Assembly (NCBI RefSeq): GCF_024521635.1
Contig: NW_026250414.1
Coordinates: 930,001-994,000 of the forward strand
Direction: 5' to 3'
Length of the DNA: 64,000 bases
From: Tricharina praecox
Lineage: Eukaryota
Under the pieces are notes generated by a model that was not told the origin of the DNA, made no database searches, and saw only the letters and a program-made list of their open reading frames with translations. This document shows positions 63,816 through 64,000 of this stretch, in pieces. Each line of letters opens with the position of its first letter. Positions within the stretch are counted from its first letter, which is position 1. The translations under genes were made by a program, and so were the position numbers.

Positions 63816-64000
63816 GGGGGGTAGAGATCGTAGTACATAGGTAAACTGTATTTCGCTCCTGAGCGGTGATTCAAGTGCGAGTGAAGAACAGTGATTCTTA
63901 TATAGCGGTCACCAGTTCGACATCACCACCAATCCATAGCCTAGACACGTGAAGTCCACTCGTATCGATGTGAACAGGTAGTACAGACAGCCAGTCAATC

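Overview
Intron-containing genomic DNA from a filamentous ascomycete (GT..CTRAY..AG introns, dispersed 5S rRNA); Pezizomycetes affinity is my guess. The window has two compartments. Positions ~1-32,300 are a microsatellite-saturated gene desert holding one amino-acid permease, an intron-containing tRNA-Gly(CCC), and two candidate spliced microprotein genes missed by the ORF track. The better candidate is a 51-aa Cys/His zinc-finger-like peptide behind a ~1.4-kb AUG-free spliced leader. Positions ~32,360-64,000 begin with a 5S rRNA gene and are gene-dense. They hold an AA9 LPMO, an ASNSD1-like gene, divergent RPL6/RPN13, an orphan gene, and CK2-beta with a probable long N-terminal extension. 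They also hold a head-to-head pair (HeLo-like/kinase-like protein and repeat-bearing C2H2 protein), a fungal multi-TM protein, a 2OG-Fe(II) oxygenase with a decayed partial duplicate, and several LINE 3' remnants. All exon models were built by hand from splice signals and frame continuity. Family assignments come from remembered motifs, not database searches.
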